Below, piece after piece: positions 33,000-47,059 of a DNA stretch of 64,000 nt; within the stretch, counting starts at the first letter, position 1; the number at the start of each line of letters is the position of its first letter. The position numbers and the translations under genes were made by a program. The notes below the pieces were generated by a model. The model ran no database searches, was not told the origin of the DNA, and saw only the letters and a program-made list of their open reading frames with translations. Source of the stretch: Tubulanus polymorphus (Eukaryota; Animalia; Nemertea); contig NC_134029.1 of assembly GCF_964204645.1 (NCBI RefSeq), positions 23,244,950 through 23,308,949 of the forward strand, read 5' to 3'.

Positions 33000-35782
33000 T
33001 TATCTCCATTCGTAAAATGCATCTTAACCTCAAGAAACGTTACACATTTAATCTATCGTCTAGAAAAAGCACACAGTGCGAAATTAAAAACATTCCGTTA
33101 ATTTCCATCAATTCGTTATAGGACCACTGGAAGAAAAGACTCGTCGGTTTTTTCCGCGGTGCGTTTCGTGTTGAAACGGATGGCAAGAAATACGAAGAGA
33201 AGCGGGTGACCTTAAAACAATACAATGGTATTATACTAGATTATCTTAAAAAGCGTATCAAATGACACCTTTTACTGTTAGTGTGTAACACTAAACATAA
33301 CGAAATATTTCGGATACATCAGGAAAAATCAATGAGGTAAATATATATAATGTATTCAAAATCGTCGGGAATTGGAATCTGAGCCGATGGTTTGATCTGA
33401 AGTTGGCTTTCACTCCCGAACAAATACTAATAGGCGGAACTGCGCAACTTTTTTTCTGGTCGCATGAAAGCATTTTACGCGCGCACATGCCAGGAATGGT
33501 CATGAGTCAATTTTCCAGTAAATTTTAACGGATAAAAAGCTGCTGCTATGACAGTGGAAACCATCATCGTTGATGGATTGAATCGCGAGTGAGCTGGCTG
33601 TCTCATCTTCCGTTGAAAGAAAAACATTACGGCGACATTGTCTGAATTGGAGTATGCGCAGACGACAGGTCTAAAAACACTAACTGATTAAACAGACGAC
33701 ATGAACGGGACGGCGGTGACAGTAGGTATTACCCTTGCCATATTGAAGACATTGGTTAATTAAATTCAAGTTGCGGTTGGCGCAGCTCAACTTTCAAACA
33801 TCGATAACCTTCCAATATATACTCGTCACAAGACCATGAAAATGAGACTTGGAATAAATCAGGACATAAAATATTTGTGGACAATATTTCTATAATTACA
33901 CCCTAGGATGTTGCTGGGATGCATCATGAAATAATGGACTCGTTGCAAAAGCAATTTGGGAAGAACGCCTGGTTTTGGTCAATAAGGATCCCAAATGCTA
34001 TTTGACTCGCTTCGGTCAAGATATGCCAGCTATTATGGTTTGTGACACTTTATTGGGCCGTTGGGAAACGGCGAGCAATATAGATGGCATTTGCCCTTTG
34101 TCATATCATCATTGCCTCATAATTTGATGGCCTATCAACTCACTCGGTAACGATGTACGAGTCTGGACATTCGGCTCTGAGATATGATGCCGTGGCACCG
34201 CGCAGCCTAAAACGTGCCATGAGGTGAATTAAACACCTGGTGCTTATGGAAATATTATGCATGCGCGATGTTTGCGACAATGCAGTTCGACACGTAATAA
34301 ACGATGCAGGGCTGCTCTTTATGAAGCCCCAGTAGAGGCCGATGGCAATGATTTTGTGGCCGAAAAATGAAATATACATGACGAAGCGACGATGGCAGAC
34401 CGTCCCGATGGTACAATCGCAGGGACAATACCACTCTTTCTAATAGAGCTCTAGTCACATCAGTAACGAGGGACAATGATGGATTCTGCTCGGAATATTA
34501 AAATACCATCCACAATCGCGTATATACATTTTGTTGTATACCAAAAATTATATAAGAGTTTGTTATGAATGTTAACTTGTCTTCAAAACGATACAAGACG
34601 TTTCAACCATTCTCGAGTGACTGTGTTTAGTTTGAGCTGCATGGACTCGACACTGGGTGCGTTGTTTGACTTGTCGTTCGAAGGAAGGCGCGTCACACTA
34701 GTTAGACCGTTGTAAACGGGTCCGTGCCTGGAACGGGCCAAATCAGAGTCACTGAATTGGCTACAGGTGGCTCAATGAGGTTTTTGTTTCATACGGAATG
34801 AATATGGAGAAAGTGTTGACGGTCATCATTTAGTAATCGATCAATTTTCAAGCCTTGAGACCGGCAACTCAATAAGCTCTGTGTTTAGGATATTTGATGA
34901 CACTCCAGTGCATTGCGGTATGCTATTGCTAATCAATGCAGTGTCCCTTATACGACTAATTGGCCTAATTATCAATGCAAGTCAGTCTTCGATATATTCC
35001 ATTTGTCACGAAAATCATCAACCGCAGTTGAGATATATCCATACAGTCATGGAACCAGCCAAACCCCCTAATCATCAGGCAGTTCAGAGAAATATGACAT
35101 TCGAATTGCAATAATTCCCATAACTTAGAATATATCGGTTGTTTTCCAAGCCTCTCATCCTTTGGAGAACAACGAAGACTGTGTTTTTGGCGATATTTCC
35201 TGATAATCAATCTGCTTTAAGAATCGCTCGCGACCCGCTGCGATAAGTCACCTGAGCCCCGTATCAGAGCTCTCGACACGATGGAGATGACTGACGGGTC
35301 TCACCGCAATCAAACTTTTACCATCGTCGAGTTTCATTCACGACGTCGGAGAGGGTTCGCTGACCATGTCACGGTTGTCACACGGAGACGCCTGGTCTGT
35401 GCAGGGATATTGGTTGGATTTCAGGGTCAGCAGCGTAGTTGACTCCTGCCAGTCATTTGTGACATTGATGCGTATTTACTTATCTTCTACATATATTCTT
35501 GACAAGCCGAGATCCTCGCCAGGCAAACTCAAAGAAATATCGCGTTTCTTATCTCTACATATGATATTAACGGTGAAATAGTAACCCACATTGCTATCCA
35601 TTGTGATATGATTTGGATTATTTTCTTTTGTTGTAAGCATTGCGACAGCAAGAAGGAAGCTATGAAAACTTTCTCTTCGGAAACGTGAGGTTTTTCTGTT
35701 GGGAACGAAATTATCGCATGAATTAAAAGAAATTTAATCGAGTGATTGACATATATTTGATAAAGACATGTATGGTGTTCTG

Positions 35783-35890
35783 GACCCAGTTCCACAGTTC
35801 TGAGTTAAGATTTGACTCTGAGTCAACTCATTAAAAATGCCGTAATTTCAACTCAGAGTTAACTATATCTCACAACTGTTGAACTGGATC
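35783..35890. mobile_element. Harbinger-type MITE, CTG TSD
   Basis: CTG|GACCCAGTTCCACAGTT ... AACTGTTGAACTGGATC|CTG; related to 38540-38645. Confidence 0.7.
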
Positions 35891-36629
35891 CTGCATATTA
35901 TGATTTATTTTCGAACATAGATTTTCAATCAGTTGTTACATGGAAATCTATGCAGTTATCTCTTGAAAATGGACTGGTGAATTCGTTTGACAAACAAACA
36001 TTTACTCCTTCCGGTCCGAATTACTTTTGACACCGTGGGAGGAACCTATTAGAAGTTATGAATACCGCCGCCATCACATCTTAGCAATTTTCATCTCGGA
36101 AAGTTGTCTTTTTCGCATCGGAGTTAGCGACACGACGCACGGTGAGAGGAGAGCCGTCATGTCATCAGAGCGGATCGCAATCAGTCGATATCCAACGCAA
36201 ATTCCTTATCACGTGTGACAACTGAAAGCTTGACCTGCGACCCCCCTGCGCCAATCACTTTCCGTCTCGCGGGAGGGAAGCGCGTGCAGCTTATACGCAA
36301 AAATTCGTCCATTTTTTTTCTCCGGAAAGAAATTCTCGACAAAAAATGTTTCGTCTGCGATGACGGGCGAGGATTCTGCAAGATCATCGATTAGTAGATT
36401 CAATTAAACGCTTAGTGAACGGAAAAAATCATTGAATTTTATGATACAGTCGCCAATATAAAATATATATGAATATCAATCTCATAATTCTTTTTATTTC
36501 ACTCGAATAAATATAACCAAAAATACATAATGAGAATACTCTTTATATATTTTTGATATAACCGATCCCCCAATTCTATAGTTTCACCGACAACGTTTTT
36601 CTTGGAACTATTGTAATTTACTCAAACTG

Positions 36630-36767
36630 GGGCCGTTTGCATAGTCGCGACCTAAGTCCAAAAGTGGTCTTAAAACTTAAGACTGGTCTTAAGTTGTTAG
36701 ATTGGCTATAGAACGAAGTTGGTCTTAGACTGGTCTTAAGTCTAAGCCATGACTATGCAACCGGCCC
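36630..36767. mobile_element. Harbinger-type MITE, CTG TSD
   Basis: CTG|GGGCCGTTTGCATAGTC ... GACTATGCAACCGGCCC|CTG. Confidence 0.82.
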
Positions 36768-38310
36768 CTGGAGCTTAATATATCATATGGACTCTAACCC
36801 CCACACGTAAGTTGAAACGAAAAATAAACTTAAGCTCTAGGAAACATTTCGTAGTTTTTCTTTGATATTGTGGATCGTTTTAGCGCGGATTCAGAGTGTT
36901 TCATTTATAAGTTATGTCCAAGCCGACGACGAAATGTTGAAATTTGAACGACGAGTCAGACGCATTTGAAGAATTCAGCAATCGATTTATTTTTCTTCGT
37001 CGTCGGCAGTCGTCACGAGATACACGTCAACTTTAGATGAGATCGATGTTACAAATCAGTGATCCAATATCCGGCGTGATTTCAACGCTTCACTAGCGAC
37101 AATCTCCTGTCGTTGACGGCGACAAATTTAGAACCGTGTCACACACGACAAATCTCCCTCGAGTCGTCTTCATATTCCCCAGTTTCTTTCTCTTCAACTC
37201 GATTGAGATATATTGATTGATTGATAGTTGCGGAGGAACTGGGTTCCATCATCGGAGACCAGCGTCAATAATCTAGTATAATAGAAGTCCATTTTATACC
37301 TATCACGAAGGCAGAGCTGGATTACTTCATCTCTATTTGACACCGATCTATGTCCCCTGAAAGGTTTTGAAGGTCGTACATATGTCTAACTCAGTGTCTG
37401 TATTCCGCAAATATATGTCAACGTCAAAAGAAGTCCAGGACAACTTGTCCAGATATCAACAAGTCACTAATTGAAATCATTTATCGGATATACGGGGACT
37501 CGCGTCTAATCGCATTACTCCGCGCAAATACTAAAATGACATTTCGAATGTCTGATACGATCGGAAAATCTTCTCATTTGCATAAAACGAAGATGAGATA
37601 CGATAAAATGACAGCGTGCGGGTAACTCCGACTCGTTGACACGGCGGCATCGGAAGAATTTCATTAAATTAAGCGAATAGTATCGGGATAGTTATAATTC
37701 ACCTGTCTCCCCGCGTGCCACTAGTCGGTGAGGTAAACACGGCAAATATACTCTCTGACATGACGACAGATGGGCGCGTCGCCATTCCCAATTGCGTCGT
37801 TCCACTTCCAAGCTGTTCCCGAAGACAAACATCGTTGTCATTAATGTCGCTACATGGGGAAAGTGATGGATCGAATAGTCGCGGTTTAATCCCGTAAACC
37901 GTTGCAGAATCAGCGTGCCGGGCGCTTTGCCTGATCGTGCCGTGATGCATCGTGCTTTTGTGGTGATTTGACAATTATAGCAACTCTCCGACGCATCGAT
38001 GCAAAGTCAACGCCATCTCGTCCATCGTCGGCTTAGGTTTTGTTTGTTTATTCATTTGATTATTCGTGCGTAAAAATGTTTCCAGTCACCGATATGATTA
38101 GATTTCCTTCAATAGCAGGACCTCCTTTATTTATTGTGGTATTCTAATTACGTAATTATTTTCTAGCTAAATTTTCAATACCCGCGTAAAGTGCGCTGTA
38201 TTAATTTCTCCATTGAAACAATTTTTTCTTCCTTAAGATTTTGGATTAAATTAGGGTTTGTCCTTGTTATTTATTCTATTGGAAGATTTGGTGTAATTTG
38301 TTTGTTTTGA

Positions 38311-38420
38311 TTTGGTGTAACCCACCACACCTGCCGGTAGCGAAACAGGAAGTTTGATTTTGAAATTGGAAATCGAAGTAGAGATATAGTTGTGTGATCG
38401 GCGGTCGAATTAGCAGAATT
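38311..38420 (+). repeat. Dispersed repeat, second copy at about 56716-56820
   Basis: tttggtgt..cacacctgccg..agtttgattt..ggaaatcgaagta..ggtcgaatt shared. Confidence 0.65.
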
Positions 38421-38539
38421 TTCTTCTTTAAATCGAAGTAAATCATTGGAAATTTCGGGAAAAAATTAGATTTGACCCCAAGTTGTACACAGAATAAGAA
38501 TCCAATCTGAATATCTCGTAAGTTTCTTCAAGTGTCCAG

Positions 38540-38645
38540 GGCCCAGTTCCACAGTTGTGAGTAAGTTAGAGTTTACTCTGAGTTAGTTGATTTTCAATGT
38601 TTCAACTCTAGATTCAAATTTAACTCAGAACTGTGGAACCGGGTC
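38540..38645. mobile_element. Harbinger-type MITE, CAG TSD
   Basis: CAG|GGCCCAGTTCCACAGTT ... AACTGTGGAACCGGGTC|CAG. Confidence 0.75.
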
Positions 38646-41600
38646 CAGAACAAGATGGATAACTATTCGCGATCAGTTTCAACTATTTTCCTTGATCTAA
38701 TACTAACGATCGATGCAGATTGGTTTTATGAGATAGTTTATGGTAAACCCTGATCACGGTTTAAGTGGCTTCTATCTGCCAGATGACATCTCCGTAAATG
38801 AAATTCATGATCATGGTTTTATTTATCGTACGCGACTGACACGGCTTATACTGAGTTATTGGTTGACTCAATATCAACAGTTCGAAAAAGATGAAAAACC
38901 ACCGAAGACATTGAAACCCATTCATCTTAAATTCGTACCATGAAAAAAACCTTTCAAATTCCTGAATCCTGTTAAAGAAGTTACATCAGTTAAAACAGAA
39001 CTTCTGAACTTCAGGGACCCTGACAACAGTTCAGTTGATTGCTTGCAGTTGCAGTACCGGTGTCATAATCCCCTTCATGCTCCCCTCTCAGGATTAAGGG
39101 TAGGGTTTGCGTCCGCGTTATTCGGCTCGTGTGCGGGGGTCATGGTCAGCAGCCCCGTTGTGACTATCTTTGGGGGGGGGGGCATTACCGTTTTCCCCCT
39201 AACTGAACTTTATACAAACAAGGTTGACGTATTTTTTGTAATAATTACGTCCAGTTTTTTTCTTCATATCAATTAACGTATACACAGTCGTGTATATATA
39301 TATATATATATCTATTGGCAGCATGTATTGTGTGGCGTATGTTCCGTTAATTATTATAGGTAATGTGCTAGTGTCGTTAGCATTCGCTGTCACCATCGCA
39401 TATAGTTAATAATCTGAATAGGAATCGCTCGATTCAGTGTCCGGCGACCATCTGAACGCTGGTGAACTTGGTGACGGGTTGGTCTGTATCGTTGACGCCG
39501 GGTTGACGTGCTGTGGAATGGTGTAGCAGTGACACTCAGACAGTTGTTGACTCAAGCACTGCGGTGGTGACGACAATGTCGCTAAGTCTCCTCAATATAG
39601 CCGCAGTTGATGAAGCAATCGGAATGACACTGCGACGATGGGATCACGATGCCAGCAGCCCAGGAGGTAGGCTACGGTTTTCAGTTTAGATTTAATTACT
39701 AGTCAATTGTATGAATAGAATCTTGTCAGATGAGATGATAATGTTGGTCAGCGCTTACAGCTCCGCGGTAAAGGAAGCTTCTGTATTTCATCAGATAAAT
39801 ACGTAATAGGGCCTGACTGTGTCAGGGTAGATTTTGGGGGTATGATTCGAGGATTATTGAAATGTTATGTTGGTATTCAAGAGGAAATATTCCGATGTAT
39901 TTAACCATCTCTATACTACGTATAAAACTATGGTAGTTAACATCATTTGGTAGTTTGAACACGTATCAGTTTACGAATTGAATAGCCAGCAACCTTTCAA
40001 TTGACAAGAATTATCAGTTGACTCAACTAGATCAGTGAAAAACAACTTTTTTATGAATGGTGATTAAAAGCAATGCGAATGCCTTAATTAACTAATTGCC
40101 TAGAATTATGCCTGGTTCGTAATATACATTTCATGGTTCGTATATGGGTTGTTTGGGTTTTTTGTTATAGAATCATAAACCATAGATCAATTTAGAATGA
40201 ATTCCCAAATTTGTAACTTGTCAAAAGAGGAAAGACAGTAATGGGACAAGAAATACTTAATCATCTAAAGTGATCTGAATTATTCACTATGCATTGAAAA
40301 TTGTTGTATTGTGCAATATGTTAATAGGGCTTGAAAATGAAAATGCAACAGACATCACATTTCCAGCAGTACAGGTTGAGTCGGGATCTGGTATAATAGT
40401 GCATACCTCCTCTCTTCACGGATTGATTGCTGACTTATCTCATACAGACACCAGTAATTAATGAATGTTCCATAATAACTGATCAATGGTCTCCTGTTTG
40501 TCAATCATTTTGCTAGTCACAGATCACCGCAGTATGGCTGCCTGTACGTCATAGTTCCTATATATATACGTACGCCTAAACAAATGTTTCGAAAATGAAT
40601 TTCGAATTTAAGGGTCGTTCTATTGGAAACGGGTCAGCAGAACTTCATACTTGAAACTACCTCTGAGAGTCTAATGAAATATAACGATGACTTAAGATTT
40701 AGTTTAGATTGGACGTAATTGTTTCATCAGAGTCCAGTTGACTAATGACTACAAACCATGGAGCAAGTAAAAGTAAAAACCCTGGCCCTAAAACTGACTC
40801 AAAAATGACTAACTGACTTTATGGCTTCCATTTACCGATGACAGGTATCCCACGTGGGATATCGATAGGTATCCCCCCTCCCCCCCCCCCCCGGGATGCC
40901 ATCATCCATGCGCACTGGACAATGGTCTTAGTAGATATGGCTGTATAATACGAATCGATAGCACATTCGTATATCGAGCTGTCTCAGTTGTCCCATATAA
41001 TTGACGAATGTTATTCCTAATGACATATTATGTGACATAGAATATCTGCGAAGCTTTTTTTGTCGTGTCATAAATGAGTCACTTAATTGGTAGTAGATGT
41101 AGCACACTACGGGGTCTCTGGTTGATTTAATTACATTTCACACTTATCACCGGGTCAACAAGTATTTGCATTGTGTTGTGAAATGCGACAGGTCTCGTCG
41201 ATTCTAATTGAGCCCGCGGCTCTTTAAGGACCGTTTCAATCAATGGCATGTGATGTTATTAGGTTTATGGACACGGACGACAAATTTGAAAAACATGTTT
41301 TCTCTTGAAGGTAAATAATTTCCAGACTGAAAACCTGGTACAAAAGGAGAAATGAAGAATGAAATAAAAAAATTGAAGTTAACAATCTTTTCACCTATAT
41401 TTAGGAGAGTATGTATGCCTATTCTGAGTGGATCCATCGTCTTTTGATAATGCATTCTTTTGTAGTATGTGAAATATTGCGGTTCTTCTGAGATGAATAG
41501 ATTCTATTTCCCTTTATGGATTAGGTCTATATTCACCTATTTCAGCGACTGAGAGCACCAACGCTGTCGCTGCTGTTGTTGCTGCTGCTGCTGATGCGGC

Positions 41601-44600
41601 GGAATGTCTCCTCATCAGTGTGACACTTGTTACTATTGACATCAGCGACGTGATCCGATCAGAGATGACTTCAATACCCGCGACGTCACATCTGACTCAG
41701 CTATAATTGAATTATCATTGATGAATTCGTGCTCGCGCTTCCTACTGGACAAATAGATTATGGGGACAGACAGTAAGATAGTTATGAGATGGTGGCTGTG
41801 TACGAGAGGAGAGGTCGCTATCTACTCTCAGTTTCTGAGTCCATGAACTTGGAAATTCATATTGGGTCGATTTCCACCGGTGTCCAGTTTACTTTGAACT
41901 ACGTATATTCATATTAAGAGAATGTGTTTGAATCTAATTTTTAGTAGAAGTGACTCAGTTACGAGGAAATAAGACCTGTGTGATGATTTCTGCACCAACA
42001 ATGTGAACGTTTGCCGTTCAAATATAAACTTCGAAGTTCTGGCAGAAAAAAATAATCTATACACGAAAATGTGTGGCAATATCGGCGATAAAATTCTAGA
42101 AAGAATGAATGGTGAGCCAATTCAAACATCAATTTTCATTTGTTGCCGTATATAGCGTCACGCATTAAAATCTGCGTCATAATCTTTTTCAAAATCTTTT
42201 CTTGTCGCTAATGAATTCTACTTATTTCGCTTCGGTTATTTGTATAAGAGTTTGACCAGGTGAGGGGTCGAGGGCTTGATTTCATTGTGTGTGTGTGTGC
42301 GGCGCAGCAGCATGCACTGTGTGACAATGTGTACTGCATCCTGCTGATTACCAGTGACAGCTGTTGATACTGAAAACAGTTGATAAGAAACAGGCATCAT
42401 TTTACAGCCTCTCTAGTGTGCTGTAGCACAGTGACATGCCTATAGTCGTATACACGCTATACACACACACTCAACACATGCGACCTGAATATCCACATCA
42501 TTTTCTTCTGACCACGCGGGACAGGCACACCTCTGCGCCACTACTTCAGCTATCTTACCTACCAGATACTCGATCTACTGACTAAGTTAACTCACGAAAA
42601 GTTTGTCAACTTTTAGAAGACAGATTTTATAGAGGAACAACGACAAAGAAAGAGAAGAGAAGTTCTAGAGACATTTACGTTACATATTGCTGTACAACTT
42701 AGATGCAGGTTAGTCACCAATAAGTTTTTGCGATAAGTTAAGATTTAAATTTCAGCTACGAATAACACGGCGGGCAAAACTTATACCATGGTTAATGGAG
42801 TGATGCTGCATGTATATATCGCTGATATGATATTTCTTTCACATTAATCGTCGTAGGCATTTAGTAGTGATGTTAAGGTTAAATTGATTAAATTTCTAAC
42901 TGAAACTTATTTTATTAACACATTGCTTAAACTTTAGTGTCCACTTCGAGTCAAGTTCAAGTCTGCATTGATAATTATCGAAATGAAGTTTTTGGACTAT
43001 TTAATAGGATCGATTAAAAAGATCATTGCTTATCACAGCGATCATTACTTATCAAGTTGCATTTGGGCGTATTAAAATGACCTTTAGAATATCTTACGAA
43101 ACTGTTAGAATGATAAGAAGATATTCAGTCAGTTATTTATAAATCTTTTGAATCCAGTGTTCCTGTTGTTCTATGCTGATTTTTCCCGTGTCATTGTTTC
43201 ACAATCGATTCCTATATACAGGATAGAGGAGATGATGATGATGACTCATTTGACCCTCTTCTTTTTCGTCACAACAAACCAGGTCTTTGTCTCAAAACGT
43301 ATGTCTGTTGATCACATGTGGCTGCTTATCACCGCTTATCCCTGTCTGTACCGCATTCTCTTTGTCTCATGGAGCTGAATTCTATAAATACAGTCCTTCA
43401 ACCCATGTCACATAATTCACCCTGAACGAAACTGAAAAAAATATAATCGACAAATCATTACTGTTATCTTGGCTTTTCACACTATTATTTATAGCCACTC
43501 ATAGCTCACTATTTGGAATCATCTTTTGACAAACTCGGAAGTAATGGAAGTAAACTTTTTCAAAATTACTTTAATTTCTCCTCAAATTATGTTTTTCTAA
43601 ATCCACTGAAGACAATGACGCACGTTGATATTAAACTAGGCCAATGTAACTGGTATGGCTATGAAAGCAATGGGGGTCGCGGAATGGGTCGCAATGTTTG
43701 GAAAGTAAACAGCACATTGACCAGACAACTCCCTCAGCAACTTCTTGACGGTTCAATGCTCTGTTTATATATTGAATCATCGGAAGGTCCTCACAGCAGT
43801 AATAAGACCCTGTTGCCGAGCTAATGAGATATTTCTTGGTCATGCTGTTACACATTATGATTGAGTATAGTGACCAAACCTTTTTCCAGATCTGCTACGG
43901 GTATTCTGGAGTAGATAGAATATTCAGTAGAATTCAATACATTTCTTTAGTTTAAGTTTTTTTCGGATTTTGATTCAGTGCGGTGGCTTTTCGTAGAGAA
44001 ACTTTAGAACGATATTTTCAATAGGGTATCACATTTTTCAATTCAGAGGTGGGGAATTTTTTCCTCTCGGGGAATAGCGCTGGTGACTAAATTTTTTTTT
44101 GTCCGTCGTCACAGTCACCAGTCAGCCAACAAGTTGCATCCCGTCACTTATTACTGCAGAGAATGAGAACTGTCACTGGTAATTCAATCTGAGTCATTGT
44201 ATGTGACAGTTACAGGCGGTAGACGACACACTTTTCTGACTCAACGACGACAAAATCACCAGTGATACTGTCACACGCTGCAGTCCTGCGACACGCGTCA
44301 ACTCTTCGCAGTATTGCTCATCGATTCCGCATTGATCAGTCGCAGCGTTTTGAATCGAATGATTGTCTGCCAACCCCCAGAAAAAGAATAATCAGACTCG
44401 TTATTTGAAGAAGCCCGTCGGTAAATTTGATTTGACTTAAAAAGATTGTTAAAGCGTAAAGCGTATTGATTTTAGAGACGCGGCAACCTAGATTTGTTAT
44501 TCAGAAATTTTGATAATGCTTCGTGGTGTGTATAGTTTTCGACTGGTAGAAATAGCTGACTACAGCGATTTAAGATGCACTGTTCTTACTGAACACGATG

Positions 44601-46914
44601 TCCCCATTTCTGATGGTTAGATACTGGGGCAAACCACTTCCATGAAACCAGAGATTTGTCGTCGTATTTATCATGATAGACCAGATGGAAGCGATCAAAG
44701 TCGTTGTTGTTCTGTTTCTCAGAGATAATGTCTGTCTCTGAGTCTCGTGTGTCGTACTGTGTTAATAATTACTAGCAGACTGGTTATAATTTCAAGAGGG
44801 CAATAAAGATGAAAGTTGCCATCCAGGCACTCTATCGACACGAATAGCTTGACATGAATATACAAATTAATAAATATACATATTATATACAAGATGGAGG
44901 GAGTTTTGTACCAAGTGACAGTTGCTGAATTGAGCCGATTGAGGAAACCTCGTCTATGGAAAAATAAGCTGCTCAATCTGCACGGTCCGACGTCTTTCGA
45001 TTTCGGTAACTTGATCCGGCATCGTGAGCTGTTTTACGTTTCTAAAAAAAAGGCAATTTAGGTCTTCTCGCTCTTCATACTCTCAGTCTCTCGATTGTCT
45101 CCGCAACCAAATAAGGCTTCACGCTGCTTCCACAACAGCACTACCAAGAACGTATGTGACCTCAACAGGAAAAGGACATGGCCTAGATTCTCGCTGTGAA
45201 AGCACTTGTCTCCAAAAACAATGATATATGCTGTTATAGACTGATTAGAATTGACAAGTTATGTTGTCACAGGCTTAATTTGACCCCGTGTCACTTCCTG
45301 TGGCTGTTTTCCGTGATACTTGAATGCCACGCATTATTTATGTCACGAATATTATAATTATGTCTGGCTGCTATTTTTCCTCCGGCTCTTTCCGAATAAG
45401 ATAAAACGACAAAGGATAAAATGTAGATAAAATCAAGTAAACGAGGGCGAACATTTTTCGTCTTTCTTACACACTACAGAACTATTTCGTCTCTTGACTT
45501 GTCCAAGATGTATTTTATTGATATGCTCAATTCACCAGTTAAAATAAAGCGAGACAAAACGATTTTAGCGCTACAGAAACTGCTGAAACTCGTCTAGAAT
45601 CTAGATGAAGTTGTAACTGAAGTTTGAAAATTGTCTGTATGCAGACAAAAAACGACACATGGTTGGCGGTAAGCTTTTTATGATCGGACGGGCTTATATA
45701 CCAACCACAGACAGGTTACTGACTAACGACACAACCGCTCTACAGAAACTTACTCGCTCAATTCAACCATACCTTGGCGTTATAATGAGCAGCATTACGG
45801 ACATTCTTACTCACTTTCACGTACATTTATACATGTATAACATTTACATGACATACAACAAAATACGTGGAAATGATGCGGAAATGTCTGGGATGTCGAT
45901 CATGTCCCAGAAAGTGTCAGATTACACTGAGACATTATTATCTTTGTACCGAGTTCAGGCTCTATCATATCAGCCGTACAGTTACATCCAGTCATGCGCA
46001 GATTGTTTATAAGCTTTTTGTTTTTATCTCGGTCCAAAAGTCTTGCCCCAATCTGATGATAGATGCGTTATTGCCGTGATGTCTGGATTTCATTACTCGT
46101 GCGCGTCTCCTGGGGTCACCGGATGTGTTGCGGATGAAATTTGATGAAGTTTTCAAAACTCGATTCAAAATTGTCCTGTTGATTGCCGTTGAAAGTGTTT
46201 AGTACACTCGTGCTAATTCAATCTGCATATAATATTGTCCTAGGCTGTCATCGTTCATATTGTATAACATCAATTTTCGGGCCGCCATTCATTTGGTCTC
46301 CCGAAGGTCTAATTTGTCAGCAAATGGTGTACATATAGCAGACGACATTATTACATCAGCACGAGGGATGGATTGTGACGCACCCTCGACTGCGACGATC
46401 AGTGACCACTTAGAACGCAATGATGGCCCGCGTTCCCTCAACGTTTTAGCATAATTGAACGTGGAATTGAACAAAAAATGACAGCTTATGCCTTTTTTGT
46501 CATCTCAATTTGCGACTAGAATGGGCGTAATTTAATCAACTCGGCAATTGTCTCTAGGCCAATTGCTGAACACGCGCCGATGTGAGTTCAGTTTACGGGA
46601 CTTTCCCGTGTCAATTGGACGATTTGCCGTCGTACGATAATTTTATTCAAAATGCGATTGATGTAAATGTGTTGCCAGTGGCCCCGCAGTGTAGCGGTAA
46701 GGGAATTCGGTGTCCGCAATATTATCAGAAACGGGAACCACACTAGAGAGGGTGGGGTTGCCACAACAAATTAATCGCGACGATAGAATTTTATGAAATC
46801 CAGCTTTCTATCAGAAAAAAAACCCGTTGTATTTTATTTCATCTATTTATTGGTAAATCTTCGTATAAATCGGAAGTTGTTTGTCAAATATAAACTATAA
46901 GCTCGAACGCTCTG

Positions 46915-47059
46915 GGGCCAGTTTCACAGTCGAGACATAAGTCCAAAAGTGGGCTTAAGTCTTAAGTCTTAAGATTGGTCTTAAGTTGTTAGATTGGCTA
47001 TAAAACTAACATGGTCTTAGACTGGGCTTAAGTCTAAGCCATGACTACGGAACCGGCCC
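46915..47059. mobile_element. Harbinger-type MITE, CTG TSD
   Basis: CTG|GGGCCAGTTTCACAGTC ... GACTACGGAACCGGCCC|CTG; homologous to 36630. Confidence 0.82.
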
